Shown: positions 18,725-29,677, counted from the stretch's first letter. The stretch is 64,000 nt of DNA from an uncultured Actinomycetota bacterium (GCA_963829525.1 CAWHIJ010000003.1:2587211-2651210), one strand, 5' to 3'. Translations and numbers: made by a program. The notes: generated by a model not told the origin, from the sequence alone.

Positions 18725-20182
18725 ATGACCCACAGCGCCCCTGCCGACGAAGCGGCAACCGACGCACCGGCAGGTCATCTGAGGCTGCGCCGTACGCTGA
18801 AGTGGCTCGCGATCGTCGTTACTTTGCTACTGCTTGCCGGCGGAGTAACTGGCTTCTACCTCTACCAGAGGCTCCAGGGGAACATCGGGGTCGGCGACTA
18901 CCTCAATGACAACTTTCTCGGCACCGAGCGCCCCACTAAGCAGGCTACCCAGGCACCCGACGAGAAAGAACCACTCAACATTCTCGTGATGGGCTCAGAC
19001 ACCCGCGCTGGTCAGGGGAAAGGCTACGGCGATCCGTCCACGATCACCGGGGCCAGGTCAGATACCACCTTGCTCGTCCACCTTCCCGCTGACCGTGAGA
19101 GCGCCCTGGTCGTCAGCATCCCCCGCGACACCATCGTTGACGTGCCCTCCTGCAAGACCGATACAGGTACATCCTCGCCGTACACCGATCGCTTCAACTC
19201 CGCGTTCTCCATCGGTGGTCCCGGCTGCACGATCAAGACGGTCGAGCAGAACACCGGGGTCTTCATCGACCACTTCGTGATCGTCGACTTTTCCGGGTTC
19301 AACGACATCGTCGATGCACTCGGGGGAGTCGACGTCTGCCTGCCCTACGCTGTGGTTGAGCCTAAGAGCAAGCTCAACCTTCCGGCCGGGGTCAGCACCG
19401 TCACCGGCGATCAGGCACTGGCGTTTGTGCGAGTGCGTGCCATCGGCACGGGAAGTGACATCGACCGCATCGATCGTCAGCAAGCCTTCCTGTCATCGTT
19501 GATCGAAAAGGCACGCAGCTCCGGCACGCTCCTGAACCCAGTCAAGCTTGTCCGGTTCCTGGAGGCGGCCACCAAGTCGCTCACCACCGACCCGGAGTTG
19601 GCCAACCTCAACCGGATGCGCCAACTTGCTCAAGAGGTGCGCGGGATTCCCCCCAAGGACATCACCTTCTTGACCACACCGTGGTTGGTGAATCCGGCTG
19701 ACCCCAACACCGTCATCTGGAACACCGACAAGACCGATCCCCTCTGGAAAGCCATCTCCACCGACCAGCCGTACCCTCCGGAACCTCCAGATCCAACGGT
19801 CATCGACGGTGAGCCCCTCGCTGTCGCCCCGGAGTCGATCGATGTCCGGGTCCTCAACGGGACCGGCAAGGACGGGGCCGCCACAGCGGCCGCTGCCAAG
19901 CTCAGCAAGCAGGGATTCAACGTCGTCGGTGTCGGTGACGCCGAGAGCACTGACTTCCTTTCCACAGTCGTTCGCTTCGACGTCGCTGGTGAACAGTCGG
20001 CCAGGACTGTGGCGGCATCACTGAGTGACGCAACCCGCGTGCGGCAACCCGGTCTTGGCTCCACCATCGAGGTTGTCGTCGGCGAGGACTGGCCGGGGGT
20101 CAGCCCTGTGGTCGTCAAGGAACCTCGTACGAACGACGGCGTCCGGAACGCCAGCGACAACATCTGCAACGTCCCCGGCTGA
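18725..20182 (+). CDS. LytR-CpsA-Psr (LCP) family cell-wall glycopolymer ligase with a LytR_C domain
   Basis: N-terminal TM segment, LCP catalytic core (NILVMGSDTR...SDTTLLVHL...SIPRD) and a C-terminal LytR_C domain. Confidence 0.85.
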   Translation: MTHSAPADEAATDAPAGHLRLRRTLKWLAIVVTLLLLAGGVTGFYLYQRLQGNIGVGDYLNDNFLGTERPTKQATQAPDEKEPLNILVMGSDTRAGQGKGYGDPSTITGARSDTTLLVHLPADRESALVVSIPRDTIVDVPSCKTDTGTSSPYTDRFNSAFSIGGPGCTIKTVEQNTGVFIDHFVIVDFSGFNDIVDALGGVDVCLPYAVVEPKSKLNLPAGVSTVTGDQALAFVRVRAIGTGSDIDRIDRQQAFLSSLIEKARSSGTLLNPVKLVRFLEAATKSLTTDPELANLNRMRQLAQEVRGIPPKDITFLTTPWLVNPADPNTVIWNTDKTDPLWKAISTDQPYPPEPPDPTVIDGEPLAVAPESIDVRVLNGTGKDGAATAAAAKLSKQGFNVVGVGDAESTDFLSTVVRFDVAGEQSARTVAASLSDATRVRQPGLGSTIEVVVGEDWPGVSPVVVKEPRTNDGVRNASDNICNVPG

Positions 20183-20188
20183 CACAAA

Positions 20189-20211
20189 GCACGTCCTAAC
20201 TAACGACGTGC
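20189..20211. terminator. Perfect 7-bp stem-loop (gcacgtc-N9-gacgtgc) between convergent genes; possible bidirectional terminator
   Basis: Direct inspection. No U-tract follows. Confidence 0.3.
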
Positions 20212-20300
20212 GCGCACACCCTGCTCGCGCTCAGCGAACCGACCCGAGCATTCGGCAAAGCGAGCCAGCGGGCCGGGGTCGAGAGCGACAAGAACGACGG

Positions 20301-21332
20301 TCACGGTCGGCCCTCAGGACTCCCGGCGACCTCAGCGCCCTCGACGACCTCAGGACTCCCGGCGACCTCAGCGCCCTCGACGACCTCAGGACTCCCGGCA
20401 ACCTCAGGTGATTTCGGCGGGACGGAGAGCCCATCACCGTCGTCATCGTCCAGGTAGTCTTCGTTCAGCGGCACAACGCCACTGGCAGCGAGCCGCCTGG
20501 CCTCCCTGCTTCGCCGTCTGCGCTCTCGCCGGGCCTTCTTGCGCTCGCCCTTCCATCCGGGATGACCTTCTATCTCCCGGTCGGCGTTGTACTGCTGGAG
20601 CACCTCACCGATATCACCGTCGGCCTGGACCCGGCCCCGACGGAGATAGATCCCGCGCGTGCACAGCCGCTGCAGCTGTCGATCGCTGTGCGAGACCAGG
20701 AAGAGCGTCTTGCCTCCCGCCAGCATGGTGTCGATCCGTTCATAGGCCTTGCGCCTGAAGGAACTGTCTCCGACGGACAGCGTCTCATCGATGACGACCG
20801 TCGGCTCGTCGATCGAGGTGATCAGCGAGAAGGCCACCCGAGTCTTCATTCCGCTGGAAAGGTGCCGGAAAGGTGTGTCGACGAAGTCCCCCACTTCCGC
20901 GAAGTCGATGATGTCGTCGAACTTCGCCTCGATCTCCTCGCGGAACATCCCGTGCAGCCCACCGACGATGTGGATGTTGTCGCGAACCGTGAGGTCAGAC
21001 TTGAACCCGCCTGAGATGTTCACCAGGGGTGCAACACTGCCCACCAAGCGCACCGAGCCCTCGTCCGGGATCAGTATGCCGGCCACCAGTTTGAGCAGCG
21101 TGCTCTTTCCCTGACCATTCGCGCCGATGATTCCCACCGACTCGCCCTGCGAAATCTGGAACGAGACATTCCTGAGGGCCCAGAATTCGCTCCTCGCTTG
21201 CTCGGTGTCCTTTCGAAGCAGGTCGGAGACCCGGCGATGCCTGATCCGGTTGCGCCGAAACTTGATACCGAGGTTGCGCGCCTCGATGGCAATCGGGCCA
21301 TCGAGAGGATCACCGATCATGGGTGCGACCAC
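20301..21332 (-). CDS. ABC transporter ATP-binding protein (Wzt/TagH-like polysaccharide exporter) with an acidic repeat tail
   Basis: Walker A GANGQGKST, ABC signature LSSGM, Walker B. The C-terminal tail carries a DDDDGD stretch and PEVVEGAEVAGS repeats. Confidence 0.9.
   Translation of the reverse strand: MVAPMIGDPLDGPIAIEARNLGIKFRRNRIRHRRVSDLLRKDTEQARSEFWALRNVSFQISQGESVGIIGANGQGKSTLLKLVAGILIPDEGSVRLVGSVAPLVNISGGFKSDLTVRDNIHIVGGLHGMFREEIEAKFDDIIDFAEVGDFVDTPFRHLSSGMKTRVAFSLITSIDEPTVVIDETLSVGDSSFRRKAYERIDTMLAGGKTLFLVSHSDRQLQRLCTRGIYLRRGRVQADGDIGEVLQQYNADREIEGHPGWKGERKKARRERRRRSREARRLAASGVVPLNEDYLDDDDGDGLSVPPKSPEVAGSPEVVEGAEVAGSPEVVEGAEVAGSPEGRP
20312..20406. repeat. 36-bp tandem repeat (~2.6 copies) encoding the C-terminal tail of the Wzt-like ATPase
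   Basis: Unit cctcaggactcccggcgacctcagcgccctcgacga at 20312-20347 and 20348-20383, with a partial third copy. Confidence 0.9.
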
Positions 21333-22282
21333 TACAGCTCCTTCAAGACGCGGGGCTCGAGCCGCATGAAGAGTCGCCAGCCAAACACGAACCAGAGGAC
21401 CGCAAGGACTGCCGAAAGGCCAAGCAGCGCCAGGACATGATCTGCATTGTTCGGGAAAAAGACCGCGTGGTAAGCGTTCAAGATTCCGACCAGAGGGTTA
21501 AGCGCGTAGACGCCCATCAACCACTGCGGCCAGGTCTCGTTGCCGAAGAGCATCCAGCTGGGCCAGCTCTTCTCAGGATCACTGAGAATAGTCTCCAGGA
21601 AGGCGACGCCGTAGACCACCGGCGACAGGTAGCGATAGAGCCGCGAAAACGCCCTAACGACCCTGTGGACGTCCGGGTAAAGCGTGCAAAGCGGCGACAA
21701 GGTCATCATCAGTCCGATGTTGAACACGAACTGGACGACAAACGCCAGTGGGATAATGAGGATCCAGGCTGAGGGAACGACGTCATAGTCGGAGAAAATG
21801 AGGAAGAGTGCCATCACGGCGACTGTGATCGGCAAGGTGAAGAGAAACTCGACGAAGCGCGACCCGACGGACCTGAGGACCCACACCTCGCGAGGCAGAT
21901 TCGCCGCTGTGACCAGCTTGGCGTCACTGCCCAGCAGCCGCCCCGAGTCACCAAGCACATGGGCCGTCCACTGAAAAGGAAGGAGCCCGGTGAGCAACCA
22001 CAAGACGTAAGGCTGCTCGTCGACCGCTCCACGCCCGATGACGACTCCGAACACAAACCAGTAGACGAGGGCCAGCATCAGTGGATCGAGCAATGTCCAG
22101 GCAAACCCCAGTACGGAGTTGCTGTAACGCAGTTTCAGGTCGCGAACGATGAGAACGCGAAGGATTCGTCGGTGGATCCAGAGCGCTCGGGCCCTGGCCC
22201 GAGCCGACGGGCGGGCGTGCGGCGCGGCGAACGAGTCTGCCGGCTCGGCGGAGTCTGCCGACGTGGAAGAGGACGCAGTCAT
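21332..22282 (-). CDS. ABC-2 type transporter permease (Wzm-like)
   Basis: Six predicted TM helices and an ABC-2 fold. Overlaps the start of the ATPase gene. Confidence 0.85.
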   Translation of the reverse strand: MTASSSTSADSAEPADSFAAPHARPSARARARALWIHRRILRVLIVRDLKLRYSNSVLGFAWTLLDPLMLALVYWFVFGVVIGRGAVDEQPYVLWLLTGLLPFQWTAHVLGDSGRLLGSDAKLVTAANLPREVWVLRSVGSRFVEFLFTLPITVAVMALFLIFSDYDVVPSAWILIIPLAFVVQFVFNIGLMMTLSPLCTLYPDVHRVVRAFSRLYRYLSPVVYGVAFLETILSDPEKSWPSWMLFGNETWPQWLMGVYALNPLVGILNAYHAVFFPNNADHVLALLGLSAVLAVLWFVFGWRLFMRLEPRVLKEL

Positions 22283-22514
22283 GAGAGTCCAACACTCTAT
22301 CGCCCTAAAGGCTCAATGACTGTATCGGACCCCGTGCCGCCCGCGGCCACAGCTCGGGCAACGGCGTGCCGGTTCGAGACACAGCGCTTACTCCCCTACC
22401 CTGGAAGCACTGATGCGAGGAACCGCACCAGCCGTTTCTGCGTCCCATTGACGCTAGCCGGGCATTTACAACAAGGCACCGACGTCCGCACCCACCACTG
22501 GAGAACGAACACCG

Positions 22515-23948
22515 ATGAGCGCCGTCCTTCCCCCGGAGCTCTCCCCACGCTCGACAAGCTCGGCTGCGACGGCGTCGGGCTCTCGCCGTTGGGTGACGTG
22601 GCTCACCACTGTCCTGGCCGCTGTGGTTCTGCTCACCAGCACCGGCGGGTGGGTGATGGCCACCTATTACGACGCCAAGATCAGCCGGTTGTTCGGACTC
22701 TCCGGCCTTCTCAGCGGCGACAGCAGCGGTCCGCTCACCATTTTGATTGTCGGCTCGGACAGCCGCGAGGGACTCACCAAGGCCGAAGCACGCAAACTCA
22801 ACACAGGCACGGCCCAGAACACCGCATCTGGTCAGCGGTCCGACACGATGATGCTGTTGCACATTGCCGGTGACCGCAAGAGCGCCACCGTCGTCAGTCT
22901 GCCTCGCGACTCTTACGTCACGATCCCGGCCTACACCGATGAAGCCGGTAAGAAGCACTCGGCGAGCAAGAACAAGCTCAACGCCGCCTATGCGCTGGGC
23001 GGGGCGCCGCTCTTGATCGAGACGGTCAAGAACGAGACAGGACTCACTATCGACCACTACGTCGAGGTCGGTTTCGCCGGTGTCGTCAACATGGTCGATG
23101 CGCTGGGGGGTATTGACGTCTGTGTTCCCTCCGATGTCAGGGACTGGCGGAGCGGGTTGGACTTGCAGGCAGGGAAGACGCACGTCGACGGGCTCATGGG
23201 GCTTTCGTACGTTCGGGCCCGCTACATCGATCCGACTGCCGACCTCGGGCGCATGGAGCGGCAGCAGCGCTTCATCGGCTCGATGTTCCAGGAGGCCACA
23301 AGTGCCGGCGTCCTCCTCAACCCCGTCAAGCTCAACTCGTTCCTCGGAGCTGCGCTCGACTCGGTGACTCTCGACGAGGGCATGTCCCGCGATATGCTGC
23401 TCGAACTCGCCAGCGAGGTCGAAGGCCTGACCCCCAAGGACATTCGCTTCCTCACTGTTCCGCTCTCCGACGTCAACCTGTCAACCCCGGTCGGTAGCTC
23501 TGTCCAATGGGATCGCAAGAAGGCCAAACTGGTTTTCGACTCCATCGAGAACGACAAGCCCCTCGTCAAGGAGAAGAAGGGGCCGACCGTACAAGTGGCC
23601 CCAGCTGACATCAACGTGCAGGTACTGAACGGGAGCACTGTCGAGGGCCTCGCCTCCAGTGCCAGCGAGGATCTGGACCAGGCTGGTTACACGATCGCCC
23701 GGCCGCCCGGCAACGACGACAGCACCGACACGACTTCAACGATCATCAGGTACGACCCTCAGTGGAACATCTCGGCCAAGACGCTGCAGGCGGCCTTCCC
23801 CGCCGCAACGCTCGAGGAGGTCGCTGGACTCGGTGGAACCTTCCAGATCGTGGTTGGCACCGAGTACACCAGGCCCGCACCGGTGCGGGTCGCCCGGCAA
23901 GACACCAAACTTGACTCGCACACCGCAGCTGACGACATCTGCGGCTGA
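22515..23948 (+). CDS. Second LCP (LytR-CpsA-Psr) family protein with a LytR_C domain
   Basis: LTILIVGSDSREG...SDTMMLLHI...SLPRD catalytic core. Paralogue of the 18725..20182 gene. Confidence 0.85.
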   Translation: MSAVLPPELSPRSTSSAATASGSRRWVTWLTTVLAAVVLLTSTGGWVMATYYDAKISRLFGLSGLLSGDSSGPLTILIVGSDSREGLTKAEARKLNTGTAQNTASGQRSDTMMLLHIAGDRKSATVVSLPRDSYVTIPAYTDEAGKKHSASKNKLNAAYALGGAPLLIETVKNETGLTIDHYVEVGFAGVVNMVDALGGIDVCVPSDVRDWRSGLDLQAGKTHVDGLMGLSYVRARYIDPTADLGRMERQQRFIGSMFQEATSAGVLLNPVKLNSFLGAALDSVTLDEGMSRDMLLELASEVEGLTPKDIRFLTVPLSDVNLSTPVGSSVQWDRKKAKLVFDSIENDKPLVKEKKGPTVQVAPADINVQVLNGSTVEGLASSASEDLDQAGYTIARPPGNDDSTDTTSTIIRYDPQWNISAKTLQAAFPAATLEEVAGLGGTFQIVVGTEYTRPAPVRVARQDTKLDSHTAADDICG

Positions 23949-23969
23949 CGCACGCACCTTGCCTACGAG

Positions 23970-24467
23970 CTACCCCTGACTCGCTCGTAGCCGCTCGATC
24001 TCGTCACGGCGTGACAGCCGATGCTGCCTACGGATCTGCGCTTCGGCAAGACGCCTCCTGTCCTCCTCGCTTTCAGCAAGAACGGGAGGCACCGGGCGGG
24101 GACGCCCCTCGGCGTCGACCGCCACGAACACCAGATATGCCGACGCCACATGAACCGGTGGATCGATCTCGTTCCAGCGCTCGGATGTGACTCGGACACC
24201 TACTTCCATCGAGGTGCGTCCGGCCCAGTTCACCTGAGCGTGAGCATGGATCAGATCACCCACTCGAACCGGCCGAAGGAAGACCATCTCGTCCATCGAG
24301 ACTGTGACAGCCGGCCCTCTGCTGTGCCGACCCGCGGCGGCACCGGCAACAGAGTCGACCATGCGCATGACCACGCCACCGTGCACCGTGCCCAGCAAGT
24401 TGACGTCCACTGACGTCATGATCTGCGTCAGCGTCGTCCGTGCCGAATGTGCGGGTACTGGTTCCAT
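23970..24467 (-). CDS. Acyl-CoA thioesterase (hotdog fold)
   Basis: Hotdog-fold core GTVHGGVVMRMVDSVAGAAA...VTVSMDEMVFLRPVRVGD. Start placed at MEPVPA. The upstream part of the listed ORF appears non-coding. Confidence 0.75.
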   Translation of the reverse strand: MEPVPAHSARTTLTQIMTSVDVNLLGTVHGGVVMRMVDSVAGAAAGRHSRGPAVTVSMDEMVFLRPVRVGDLIHAHAQVNWAGRTSMEVGVRVTSERWNEIDPPVHVASAYLVFVAVDAEGRPRPVPPVLAESEEDRRRLAEAQIRRQHRLSRRDEIERLRASQG

Positions 24468-24519
24468 GGGTTCATCCAAGCACCCGTTCGATAGCCTTTG
24501 ACCGAACCTGCCCTGACGG

Positions 24520-25335
24520 ATGGGGCGGCCGAGCAGAGGAGAACGTGGCACCGCACCTCGGCATCGGAGCAGATCACCGGCCTGGAGCAGCAGCCTAGTG
24601 GCGTCGAAGCGGCTCTCTCGCTTCATACCGCCTGAGCACGGCGCCTGGGCCATGCTGATCGTGCCGTTCGCGCTTGGCACCTTCTCGGCAACACCCTCGT
24701 GGCCGTCCCTACTACTTCTCGTTGCTTGGCTAGCGGCATACCTCACCAGCTACTTTGCACTCCGGTGGTGGAAGACCCGCAAACTTTCACATCGCGGTGT
24801 GCGATTTCGGGCACCAACCGTGCTTTATGCCAGTCTGTTGGCTGTCTCAGGAGCCATCTTGCTGGTCCTCGAACCGTGGCTCGTCTTCGCTGGGATGGTC
24901 TTCCTGCCGTTCGAGTCCACGGCCGTAGCCTTGGCGATACGCGGCAAGGAGCGCTCGCTGTCAGCGGGGTTTGCCTCGGCGACCGCGGCCTGCCTGATGG
25001 CGCCAGTGGCCTACCGCCTGGCCGACGGGGACGACCAGACCCTGGCGCTCACCCTCTTCGTCGTGTCATGGCTGGCATTCACCGGCTCGGTCCTGCACGT
25101 CAAGTCGACGATTCGCGAGCGCGACGACCCGAGGTACCGAACTGCTTCGATAGCGTTCCACGCTCTGGCACTGATCGCAGCTATCTGGATCGAGCCACTC
25201 CTCGTGATTCCCTTCGGGTTCCTGCTCGTGCGCGCCGTGGTCGTTCCCCGCCATGGCTGGCGCCCCGCGCAGATCGGCGCCGTGGAGATCGCCGGCTCAC
25301 TGTTGGTTCTCGCGGTACCGCTCGTTGCTTCGTGA
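24520..25335 (+). CDS. Integral membrane protein (multi-TM, unknown function)
   Basis: About 6-7 hydrophobic helices. Start uncertain (GTG near 24595 is possible). Confidence 0.55.
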   Translation: MGRPSRGERGTAPRHRSRSPAWSSSLVASKRLSRFIPPEHGAWAMLIVPFALGTFSATPSWPSLLLLVAWLAAYLTSYFALRWWKTRKLSHRGVRFRAPTVLYASLLAVSGAILLVLEPWLVFAGMVFLPFESTAVALAIRGKERSLSAGFASATAACLMAPVAYRLADGDDQTLALTLFVVSWLAFTGSVLHVKSTIRERDDPRYRTASIAFHALALIAAIWIEPLLVIPFGFLLVRAVVVPRHGWRPAQIGAVEIAGSLLVLAVPLVAS

Positions 25336-25350
25336 CGGCGCTCAGCGAGA

Positions 25351-25896
25351 TCAGGCGGAGAAGCCAACCTCGCCCGACCGACGTCTACGGAGCGCCTCAC
25401 CCTTGCCCGACGACTCCTCGGCCATGTGCTGCTGGAATGCCACCATCTTGGCGCGAAGCTCAGCGTCGGTCACGCCGAGGATCCGTACGGCGAGCAGTCC
25501 GGCATTGCGTGCGTTTCCGATGGCAACGGTGGCGACGGGAACCCCCGTTGGCATCTGCACGATCGACAGCAGCGAGTCGATGCCGTCCAGTCGGGGGAGC
25601 GGAACGGGAACACCGATCACCGGGAGAGGCGTTGCCGCCGCCAGCATGCCCGGGAGGTGCGCTGCGCCTCCGGCTCCGGCAATGATCACCTGGCACCCAC
25701 GGCCGGCCGCCGAACGACCGAACTCGAGCATGTCGAAGGGTGTGCGGTGCGCTGAGACGACATCAACCTCGTAACCGACTCCGAACTCGTCGAGTACGTC
25801 GGCAGCGGCCTCCATCACCGGCCAGTCAGAGTCACTGCCCATCACAAGGCTGACAGGCGGGCTCACTGCGGGGCTAGTACTACTCATCGATGTCAC
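25351..25896 (-). CDS. purE: N5-carboxyaminoimidazole ribonucleotide mutase
   Basis: GSDSDWPVM...[10 protein letters not shown] motifs. Confidence 0.9.
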   Translation of the reverse strand: MTSMSSTSPAVSPPVSLVMGSDSDWPVMEAAADVLDEFGVGYEVDVVSAHRTPFDMLEFGRSAAGRGCQVIIAGAGGAAHLPGMLAAATPLPVIGVPVPLPRLDGIDSLLSIVQMPTGVPVATVAIGNARNAGLLAVRILGVTDAELRAKMVAFQQHMAEESSGKGEALRRRRSGEVGFSA

Positions 25897-27082
25897 CTCT
25901 CAGGTACGCCACGGCATGCCGAGTGCGTTCGAGCAAATCGGTCAGGTCGTCTGGGCTGCTTCCTGTTGCCGTGACATGCCCCACCTTGCGGCCCGGCTTG
26001 ACGACCTTGCCGTACATGTGGAACTTAAGGGCCGGATCACGGGCCATGCAGTGCAAGAACGCGGGGTACAGGTCGCTCAGGTCTCCACCCAGCAGGTTCA
26101 CCATCACGGTCAGCGGTGCTGACGCGGAGGGGTCGCCAAGCGGCAGATCGAGCACCGCGCGCAGGTGGTTCTCGAACTGGCTGGTCACAGCACCATCGAT
26201 GCCCCAGTGTCCGGAGTTGTGCGGCCGCATGGCCAGCTCGTTGACGAGCACTCCCTGGGGGGTGTCGAACAGCTCAACTGCCATGACTCCGACAACACCG
26301 AGCTCACCGGCGATCCGCAAGGCAGCCTCCTGGGCGGCCACCGCATGAGCCTCCTCCAGTCCAGGCGCCGGGGCGTACACCTCGTGGCAGATGCCGCCGC
26401 GCTGCACGGTCTCAACGACGGGATAGGCCACCGCCTGACCACTCGGGCTCCTGGCCACCATCGCCGAAAGTTCCCGGGTGTAAGGCACCAGCTCTTCAGC
26501 GATGAATCCCGGTACCTGATCGTGTGAGAGCACTTCGGCGGCTTCATGCTCGTTGTTGACCATCCAGACGCCCTTGCCGTCATACCCACCACGAGTCGCC
26601 TTGAGGACGAGCGGGAAGGACGTGAGCTCGGCAAAGGAGCGGACATCTGCGGCCGAGGCCACCCGGCACCAGAGGGGAAGCGGTGACCGCATCTGGGCCA
26701 ACCGCTCCCGCATCAGGCCCTTGTCCTGGGCAAAGACCAGTGCCTCTGGACCGGGTCGCACGGGCACACCGTCGGCAGCCAGAGCATGCAGATGATCGGT
26801 TGGAACATGCTCGTGGTCGAAGGTGACGACCTCGCAGCCACGAGCGAAACGGCGCAACGTGTCAAGATCCCGGTAGTCACCGATCACCGTGTCAGGAATC
26901 ACCTGGGCCGCGCTGTCCGATGGCGAGTCGGCCAGCAGGCGAAGCCGCACGCCAAGCCCGACGGCTGGCTGCTGCATCATCCGGGCGAGCTGACCACCTC
27001 CCACAACGCCAACCACGGGGAAATCGGCGGGGCCCATCTCAGCCGTCTCGGCTGACGAGGCTGCGGGCGTTCGGTCACTCAC
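25880..27082 (-). CDS. purK: N5-carboxyaminoimidazole ribonucleotide synthase
   Basis: ATP-grasp fold with [14 protein letters not shown] at the N-terminus. GTG start overlaps the nadC 3' end. Confidence 0.9.
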   Translation of the reverse strand: MSDRTPAASSAETAEMGPADFPVVGVVGGGQLARMMQQPAVGLGVRLRLLADSPSDSAAQVIPDTVIGDYRDLDTLRRFARGCEVVTFDHEHVPTDHLHALAADGVPVRPGPEALVFAQDKGLMRERLAQMRSPLPLWCRVASAADVRSFAELTSFPLVLKATRGGYDGKGVWMVNNEHEAAEVLSHDQVPGFIAEELVPYTRELSAMVARSPSGQAVAYPVVETVQRGGICHEVYAPAPGLEEAHAVAAQEAALRIAGELGVVGVMAVELFDTPQGVLVNELAMRPHNSGHWGIDGAVTSQFENHLRAVLDLPLGDPSASAPLTVMVNLLGGDLSDLYPAFLHCMARDPALKFHMYGKVVKPGRKVGHVTATGSSPDDLTDLLERTRHAVAYLRGDIDE

Positions 27083-28004
27083 CTGATGACCCTACCGATG
27101 GGTTCACGACACGCAGCACGTCGAGGCCGAGGTCGAGTACCGGCGCGGAGTGCGTCAACGCCCCAACCGCTACGAAGTCGACTCCGGTAGCGGCAACTGC
27201 AGACGCTCTGTCGAGCGTCAACCCTCCGGAGGCCTCGAACTGAACGAGCCGCCCGGACGAGCGTCCAAGCGCGACGCAGTGGCGCATCTGATCGATGGTC
27301 ATGTTGTCGAGAAGGATCAGTTCGGCGCCGGCCGCGATGGCCGCGCCGACCTGCGCGGCACTGTCACACTCCACCTCGAGCAGAACCGACGGCGCGCGCG
27401 CTCGCACCGCGGCGACGGCAGCGCCGACGCCACCCGCTGCTGCAACGTGATTGTCCTTGATGAGGGCAGCATCGCCTAGCCCCATGCGGTGGTTGAGGCC
27501 GCCGCCACACCGGACCGCGTACTTTTCGAGCACCCGCAGGCCAGGGGTGGTCTTTCGGGTGTCACGGACGCGGGCCGGTGCCACCTGGGCCGCCCACGCC
27601 GCGGTGACCGTCGCCACCCCGGAGAGATGACCGAGGAAGTTCAGAGCGGTTCGCTCGGCGGTCAGCAGACCTCGCGTTGGTGCTTCGAGCCTCAAGGCGT
27701 TGTCACCGGGACTCAGCACCGTGCCGTCGTCCTGGTGGTCGAGGAGGCCCCACTGTCCGGCCCCCATGACGAGGTCGAAGGTCACGAGCACCACCGGCAA
27801 CCCGGCGAGGACTCCCATCTTGCGGGCGGCCACGGCAGCCACCACGCGCTGGTCGGCAGGAACCGTTGCTGTCGTTGTGACGTCAGGACCATAGGCGAGG
27901 TCTTCTTCCAACGCGATCTTCACCTGAGAAACCACATGGCTCACCTGCAGCCCGGCACTCTCGACCATCGAGACCGAATCCGGACTCAGCTCTTCGTACC
28001 TCAC
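27075..28004 (-). CDS. nadC: Nicotinate-nucleotide pyrophosphorylase (quinolinate phosphoribosyltransferase)
   Basis: QPRTase fold. GTGA start/stop overlap with nadB. Confidence 0.9.
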   Translation of the reverse strand: MRYEELSPDSVSMVESAGLQVSHVVSQVKIALEEDLAYGPDVTTTATVPADQRVVAAVAARKMGVLAGLPVVLVTFDLVMGAGQWGLLDHQDDGTVLSPGDNALRLEAPTRGLLTAERTALNFLGHLSGVATVTAAWAAQVAPARVRDTRKTTPGLRVLEKYAVRCGGGLNHRMGLGDAALIKDNHVAAAGGVGAAVAAVRARAPSVLLEVECDSAAQVGAAIAAGAELILLDNMTIDQMRHCVALGRSSGRLVQFEASGGLTLDRASAVAATGVDFVAVGALTHSAPVLDLGLDVLRVVNPSVGSSGE

Positions 28005-29677
28005 GATCGTTCACCGCCTGCGGGCTCGTACCCCACGGCTTCATACGTGGTCGTGACGGTTGACCCATCCCAACGCTGCACGATGCGCTTGCGCCACTCC
28101 TCACGTGGCTCGGCGAAGTCGAGCCTGCGATGGCTGCCCCGACTTTCCTCGCGCTGCTGCGCCGCGTGCACGATCAGCTCGGAGACAGCGAGGAGGTTGG
28201 TGGCCTCAATCTGAGCGAGGGATGTGATGGAGGACGACGGGCTCGGCGTGCGCAGGTGATCGGACGCTGCCTGCAGACCGTCTCCGTCGCGCAATGGGCC
28301 AGCCCATCTGCTCATGGCAAGCGCGACGTCGCTGCGGACACTGGCGTCCACCACCGCAAGCCAAACTTCCCCGAGCACCGGAGGCCCGCTCTCGGGCACC
28401 TGCTGGGCAAGAGCACCAGCGACCATATGGCCGGCCACCAAGCCCTCGGTCACGCCGTTGGAGGCTAGACGGTTGGCCCCATGCACGCCTGTGGCGGCTA
28501 CCTCACCGACGGCGAAGAGGCCCGGTACAGATGTGACGCCGTCCAGTCGAGCCCGAACACCGCCGCAGGCAAAGTGCGCAGCTGGCGCGACCGGGATCGG
28601 CTCGCTGACCGGGTCAATTCCGGCCTCCCGGCAGCGCGCCACGATCGTCGGAAAACGTTCGGCCATCGCCGGACCGATCGACGTGGCATCGAGGAATACA
28701 TGGTCGCCGATTCCCCCGGGAGCCTCTCGGAGACGCAGCGCAATGGCGGTGGCAACGACGTCACGCGGTGCGAGGTCTCCGAGTGGGTGCACTCCATTCA
28801 TCACCGAGCGACCGGCGCCGTCTACCAAAGTCGCCCCTTCGCCGCGCACGGCCTCGGACACCAACAGCTGTTGCCCACTGGACCGCGGCTGCCAGAAGGC
28901 CGTCGGATGGAACTGCACAAACTCCACGTCGGCCACCGCCGCGCCAGCCCGCCAGGCCAGAGCAAGCCCGTCACCTGTCGACTGCGCGGGGTTGGTGGTT
29001 ACTGCATAGGCCTGGCCCAGCCCCCCGGTCGCGACAACGACGGCCGACGTGCGAATCAAAGTGATGCCTTCGATCCCACCTGCGTCATCGACGTGCGCGA
29101 CCAGCACGCCCGCAACACGCCCCCGATCGTCGTGGAGCACGTCAAGGGCAATGCTCCGCTCCGTCACCACCACGCCTGCGGCCCGCATCGAGCTATCCAA
29201 GGTGCGTTGCACCTCGGCACCGGTGGCATCGCCTCCCGCGTGCACGATCCGGCTGCGGCGGTGGCCGCCTTCCCGAGCGAGTGCGAGGCGGCCACCGAGG
29301 TCGCGGTCGAACTCTGCACCGAGGTCGATCAGGGTTTGGACGGCCTCCGGCGCCTGCCGTACCAACTGCTCAACGACCGCGCGATCCGAAAGGCCGGCTC
29401 CTGCAGTCAGAGTGTCGGCAATGTGCTCATCCCATGAGTCATCGGTGGCATCGAGCACAGCAGCCAGTCCACCCTGGGCCCACGTGGTCGAACCCGCACC
29501 AAGGCCAGACTTGGTAACCACCAGCACATCACGCCCCGCGCGGGCGGCGCCCAGGGCAGCAGTGGCGCCAGCTGCGCCGGAGCCGATCACCACCACCTCA
29601 GCGCTCGACTCGAGGGTGGGGCTGGCCGGCAGGCGGGGCAGGGGCCTCCACGCCGACGGCGCCTGCTGATGGGTCAC
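28001..29677 (-). CDS. nadB: L-aspartate oxidase
   Basis: FAD-binding [10 protein letters not shown] and a succinate-dehydrogenase/fumarate-reductase flavoprotein fold. Start placed at the GTG at 29677, which forms a GTGA overlap with the nadA stop. The longer listed ORF runs into nadA. Confidence 0.85.
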   Translation of the reverse strand: MTHQQAPSAWRPLPRLPASPTLESSAEVVVIGSGAAGATAALGAARAGRDVLVVTKSGLGAGSTTWAQGGLAAVLDATDDSWDEHIADTLTAGAGLSDRAVVEQLVRQAPEAVQTLIDLGAEFDRDLGGRLALAREGGHRRSRIVHAGGDATGAEVQRTLDSSMRAAGVVVTERSIALDVLHDDRGRVAGVLVAHVDDAGGIEGITLIRTSAVVVATGGLGQAYAVTTNPAQSTGDGLALAWRAGAAVADVEFVQFHPTAFWQPRSSGQQLLVSEAVRGEGATLVDGAGRSVMNGVHPLGDLAPRDVVATAIALRLREAPGGIGDHVFLDATSIGPAMAERFPTIVARCREAGIDPVSEPIPVAPAAHFACGGVRARLDGVTSVPGLFAVGEVAATGVHGANRLASNGVTEGLVAGHMVAGALAQQVPESGPPVLGEVWLAVVDASVRSDVALAMSRWAGPLRDGDGLQAASDHLRTPSPSSSITSLAQIEATNLLAVSELIVHAAQQREESRGSHRRLDFAEPREEWRKRIVQRWDGSTVTTTYEAVGYEPAGGERS

